This document shows positions 63,692 through 64,000 of a DNA stretch of 64,000 nucleotides, in pieces. A model generated the notes under the pieces. The model made no database searches and had not been told where the DNA came from. It worked only from the letters and a program-made list of their open reading frames with translations. The position numbers and the translations under genes were made by a program. The stretch's first letter is position 1. Every line of letters starts with the position of its first letter. Source of the stretch: the human T2T-CHM13v2.0 reference genome, Homo sapiens; the NCBI RefSeq assembly GCF_009914755.1, contig NC_060934.1; one strand, given 5' to 3'.

Positions 63692-63880
63692 TAGAGTTGC
63701 CAGGATTAGCAATAAAAATATAGGATGCTTAATGAAATTGGAATTTAAGATAAACAATGAATTAATTTTTATTATAAGTATGTCAAGTACAATATTTAGA
63801 ACATTCTTATTTAAAATCATTCATTTTTCATTGGAAATTCTAATTTAATTAGGCACGCTATATCTCATATGGAAATCCTA
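63692..63880. mobile_element. MER53-like palindromic hAT MITE
   Basis: agttgccaggattagcaataaaaatataggatg...gataaacaatgaatt...taagtatgtc...ggaaatccta; diverged internal palindrome. Confidence 0.75.
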
Positions 63881-64000
63881 TCTGATTCTCTTTTCCTTCT
63901 GGGGCACCCTGGCCTTGCTAATTCAGGAATCTCTCTTATTGTCATCCCTTCTAATGCTATTTTCACCAGCAATTCCCATAGCAACTCACTTAACACTCAA

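Overview
Primate (human-like) genomic DNA, very rich in Alu, L1, L2, MIR, LTR and DNA-transposon relics. No intact protein-coding exon could be confirmed; almost all listed ORFs are Alu, L1 or low-complexity artefacts. The main landmark is a ~2 kb CpG island (~12.8-14.85 kb) with YY1 sites and a G-quadruplex. It appears to be the promoter and 5' non-coding exon(s) of a minus-strand gene (strong CAG|GTGAGA donor at 12737/12736), so 1-12.7 kb would be intron. I cannot name that gene. Other solid features: a TSD-flanked RPL31 processed pseudogene split by three nested Alus, a THE1 solo LTR with a DUX4 motif, and a MER61-like solo LTR carrying an AluY. The most interesting observations are (i) an apparently L1-retrotransposed MER50-type ERV transcript (R-U5-PBS-leader-R-polyA) inside an Alu linker; (ii) a chain of plus-strand splice-flanked, stop-interrupted segments from ~15 to ~47.5 kb that may be a decayed multi-exon gene head-to-head with the CpG-island gene (inference only); (iii) an identical 43-bp templated insertion inside an old L1; and (iv) a palindrome-unit AT minisatellite. 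Repeat family names come from recalled consensus sequences, not from a database search.
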